Of a DNA stretch of 64,000 nucleotides, positions 62,266 to 64,000 are shown piece by piece. The notes beneath the pieces were generated by a model. It searched no databases. It was not told the DNA's origin and worked only from the letters and a program-made list of their open reading frames with translations. Origin of the DNA: Owenia fusiformis (taxonomy: Eukaryota); contig CAIIXF020000001.1 in the NCBI GenBank assembly GCA_903813345.2, forward strand, positions 29,822,001 to 29,886,000, in the 5' to 3' direction. Each line of letters begins with the position of its first letter. Positions within the stretch are counted from its first letter, which is position 1. A program made the translations under genes and the position numbers.

Positions 62266-63288
62266 GGGTTTGTAGAAAAAAACGGGTACCGGGTAGTAAA
62301 TCCTCCATGCTGGGTTCAAACTTGGTACCCGGCACCCGGTCGAAAAAACCGGGTACCCAAAAAACGAAAAATACGATTATATAACATATTTAGATCATTA
62401 GAAAACGTGTAAGATTTGTTTTGAATATACAAAAATGTATGTAACTTCCTTCAAAATTGAGCTAGAAGCTTCAAATAAAAAGCATTTTAAGGTTCGTTCC
62501 TCTATCATCATGGTCATATTTTCATAGGTTATGGGGTGGGGTGCGATCGCCTATGACATTGTAAGACGTAACAATTTACACTTCAGTGGACGTTTCGTCG
62601 AAAATTGGGATAACTTAAATTATGATTAATAATCAAAATCTTACACGTTGCATCATGTAAATTAACACACGTCACCTCTCTGCTAAAGTAACGATAGCTA
62701 TTTACAGATTTAAATCATGATCAAAACTGTTCACGTACCAACATACGAACTATTGAAATTAGAGGTGACGAAAAATTTCGAACGGAATGCGTGACATATA
62801 CGTGATTCACGTGAAAAGTCCGAACGGATTGCGTACGTTTTTTTTGGTGTTCGTATTTTTGCTGTATCGGCGAACTGTTTTAGAATTTTTTCTACAGAAA
62901 TATTTTTGCTTGACAATACCAGGTAAAATGCGTATTTGCGTGACATTTTCTGGCGTGACTTCAAATTCTTCAGCAAATGCGTGACAAATACGCAAATTGC
63001 GGGACAGTTGACAGGCCTAATAACCGATGAAAATATGACCATGATGATAGAGGAAGAAAAGAGCCTTAAAATGCTTTTTATTTGAAGCTTCTGGCTCAAT
63101 TTTGAGGGAAGTTGCATACATTTTTGTATATTCAAAACAAATCTTACACGTTTTCTAATGATCTAATTATGTTGTATATTAGTATTTTTCGTTTTTTGGG
63201 TACCCGGTTTTTGACCGGGTACCGGGTACCAAGTATGAACCCAGCATGGAGGATTTACTACCCGGTACCCGGTTTTTTCTACAAACCC
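62266..63288. mobile_element. MULE-like element, second copy inverted, 10-bp TSD TACAGTGTCT
   Basis: Same TIRs and cargo as 60133-61075, opposite orientation. Confidence 0.85.
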
Positions 63289-64000
63289 TACAGTGTCTTC
63301 TATATACAGCTTACTATTTATCCTGTTCCCGGACTATGGTACGGGATAACTTACTACCCTTGGCCTATGGTGACATCTCTAGTTTTTAGAGGACTTACAT
63401 TTAGCAGGATTGCATTCACAGCTGTAGTCCGTCAGTATGCATAGGCTAATATAGGTGCATTCATGCGCCTCTGGGCCTTTATATATATATCTGAGATTTG
63501 TCATGGCCCCAGACCCTATCAAAACTCCGATAGTCAAATAAGTCACTAGAGCCGTGGATCCACGTCTAAGGCTAATAAAAACCTAAAAGTGATCAATCAG
63601 CAAATCACAGGGCCATCTTGGATTTATAGTCTCGAATAATACTGTGATAACTCACCTGAAATGAAACCAAATGCTTTATCCTAATGTGAGATAACTCTGT
63701 ATAAAACAAATATCATATGTAACATTACATTGTTTTTTTCTCTATAAAAAACAAAACGTTGTCACAAATACAAAAAGATCCTGAAAATATCTTTATATTT
63801 CAATTAGCACTACTTTCATATTATCTAGGTCAAATTATTCCGCTAATACATACTGTCCAAATCCTTAGAATTGAAATATTAAATCATGGTATTCCTCATA
63901 CATTAGTATAACCCTAACAATAAAACACGCTTTACGTTACTTTTATTTGTAACATCGATGTACCTCGAATATTTACCATTGTACTGCTCAGCGAATTATA

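Noticed and set aside
60323-63444. 100-140-aa ORFs in the MULE-like copies
   Set aside because: They span TIR and captured-TE sequence, show no transposase motifs, and differ in frame between the two copies.

Overview
AT-rich, intron-containing animal genomic DNA, probably from an invertebrate (inferred from the repeat types). I could reconstruct three protein-coding genes exon by exon from splice sites and phases. (1) HPS3 (BLOC-2 subunit) on the minus strand has 13 coding exons from 23076 down to 34 and continues off the left edge. (2) A complete 7-exon TRAF3-like gene lies on the plus strand (32310-38625, about 583 aa), head-to-head with HPS3. (3) A small 4-exon plus-strand gene (10975-15093, about 176 aa) is nested antisense in the 12.3-kb HPS3 intron. 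It encodes a type I membrane protein with a signal peptide, a 6-Cys ectodomain resembling the Grindelwald/TNFR type, a repeat-built coiled-coil stalk, a TM helix and a short tail. The nested gene and the TRAF gene both have NF-kB-type sites just upstream, which suggests an NF-kB-responsive receptor-adaptor pair (inference). The rest of the window is densely packed with non-autonomous DNA transposons, often nested and with readable TSDs: CAC..GTG elements with 5-bp TSDs (Transib/RAG-like ends), hAT5/hAT6-like, MULE/foldback, Kolobok-like, Tc1-like, Helentron-type (ACGG)n elements and 27-32-bp P-like mini-insertions. One of them carries a retrotransposon gag/SCAN-like fragment. No autonomous transposase, rRNA, intact tRNA or CRISPR array was seen. 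Family names rest on recalled sequence and terminal structure, not on database searches.
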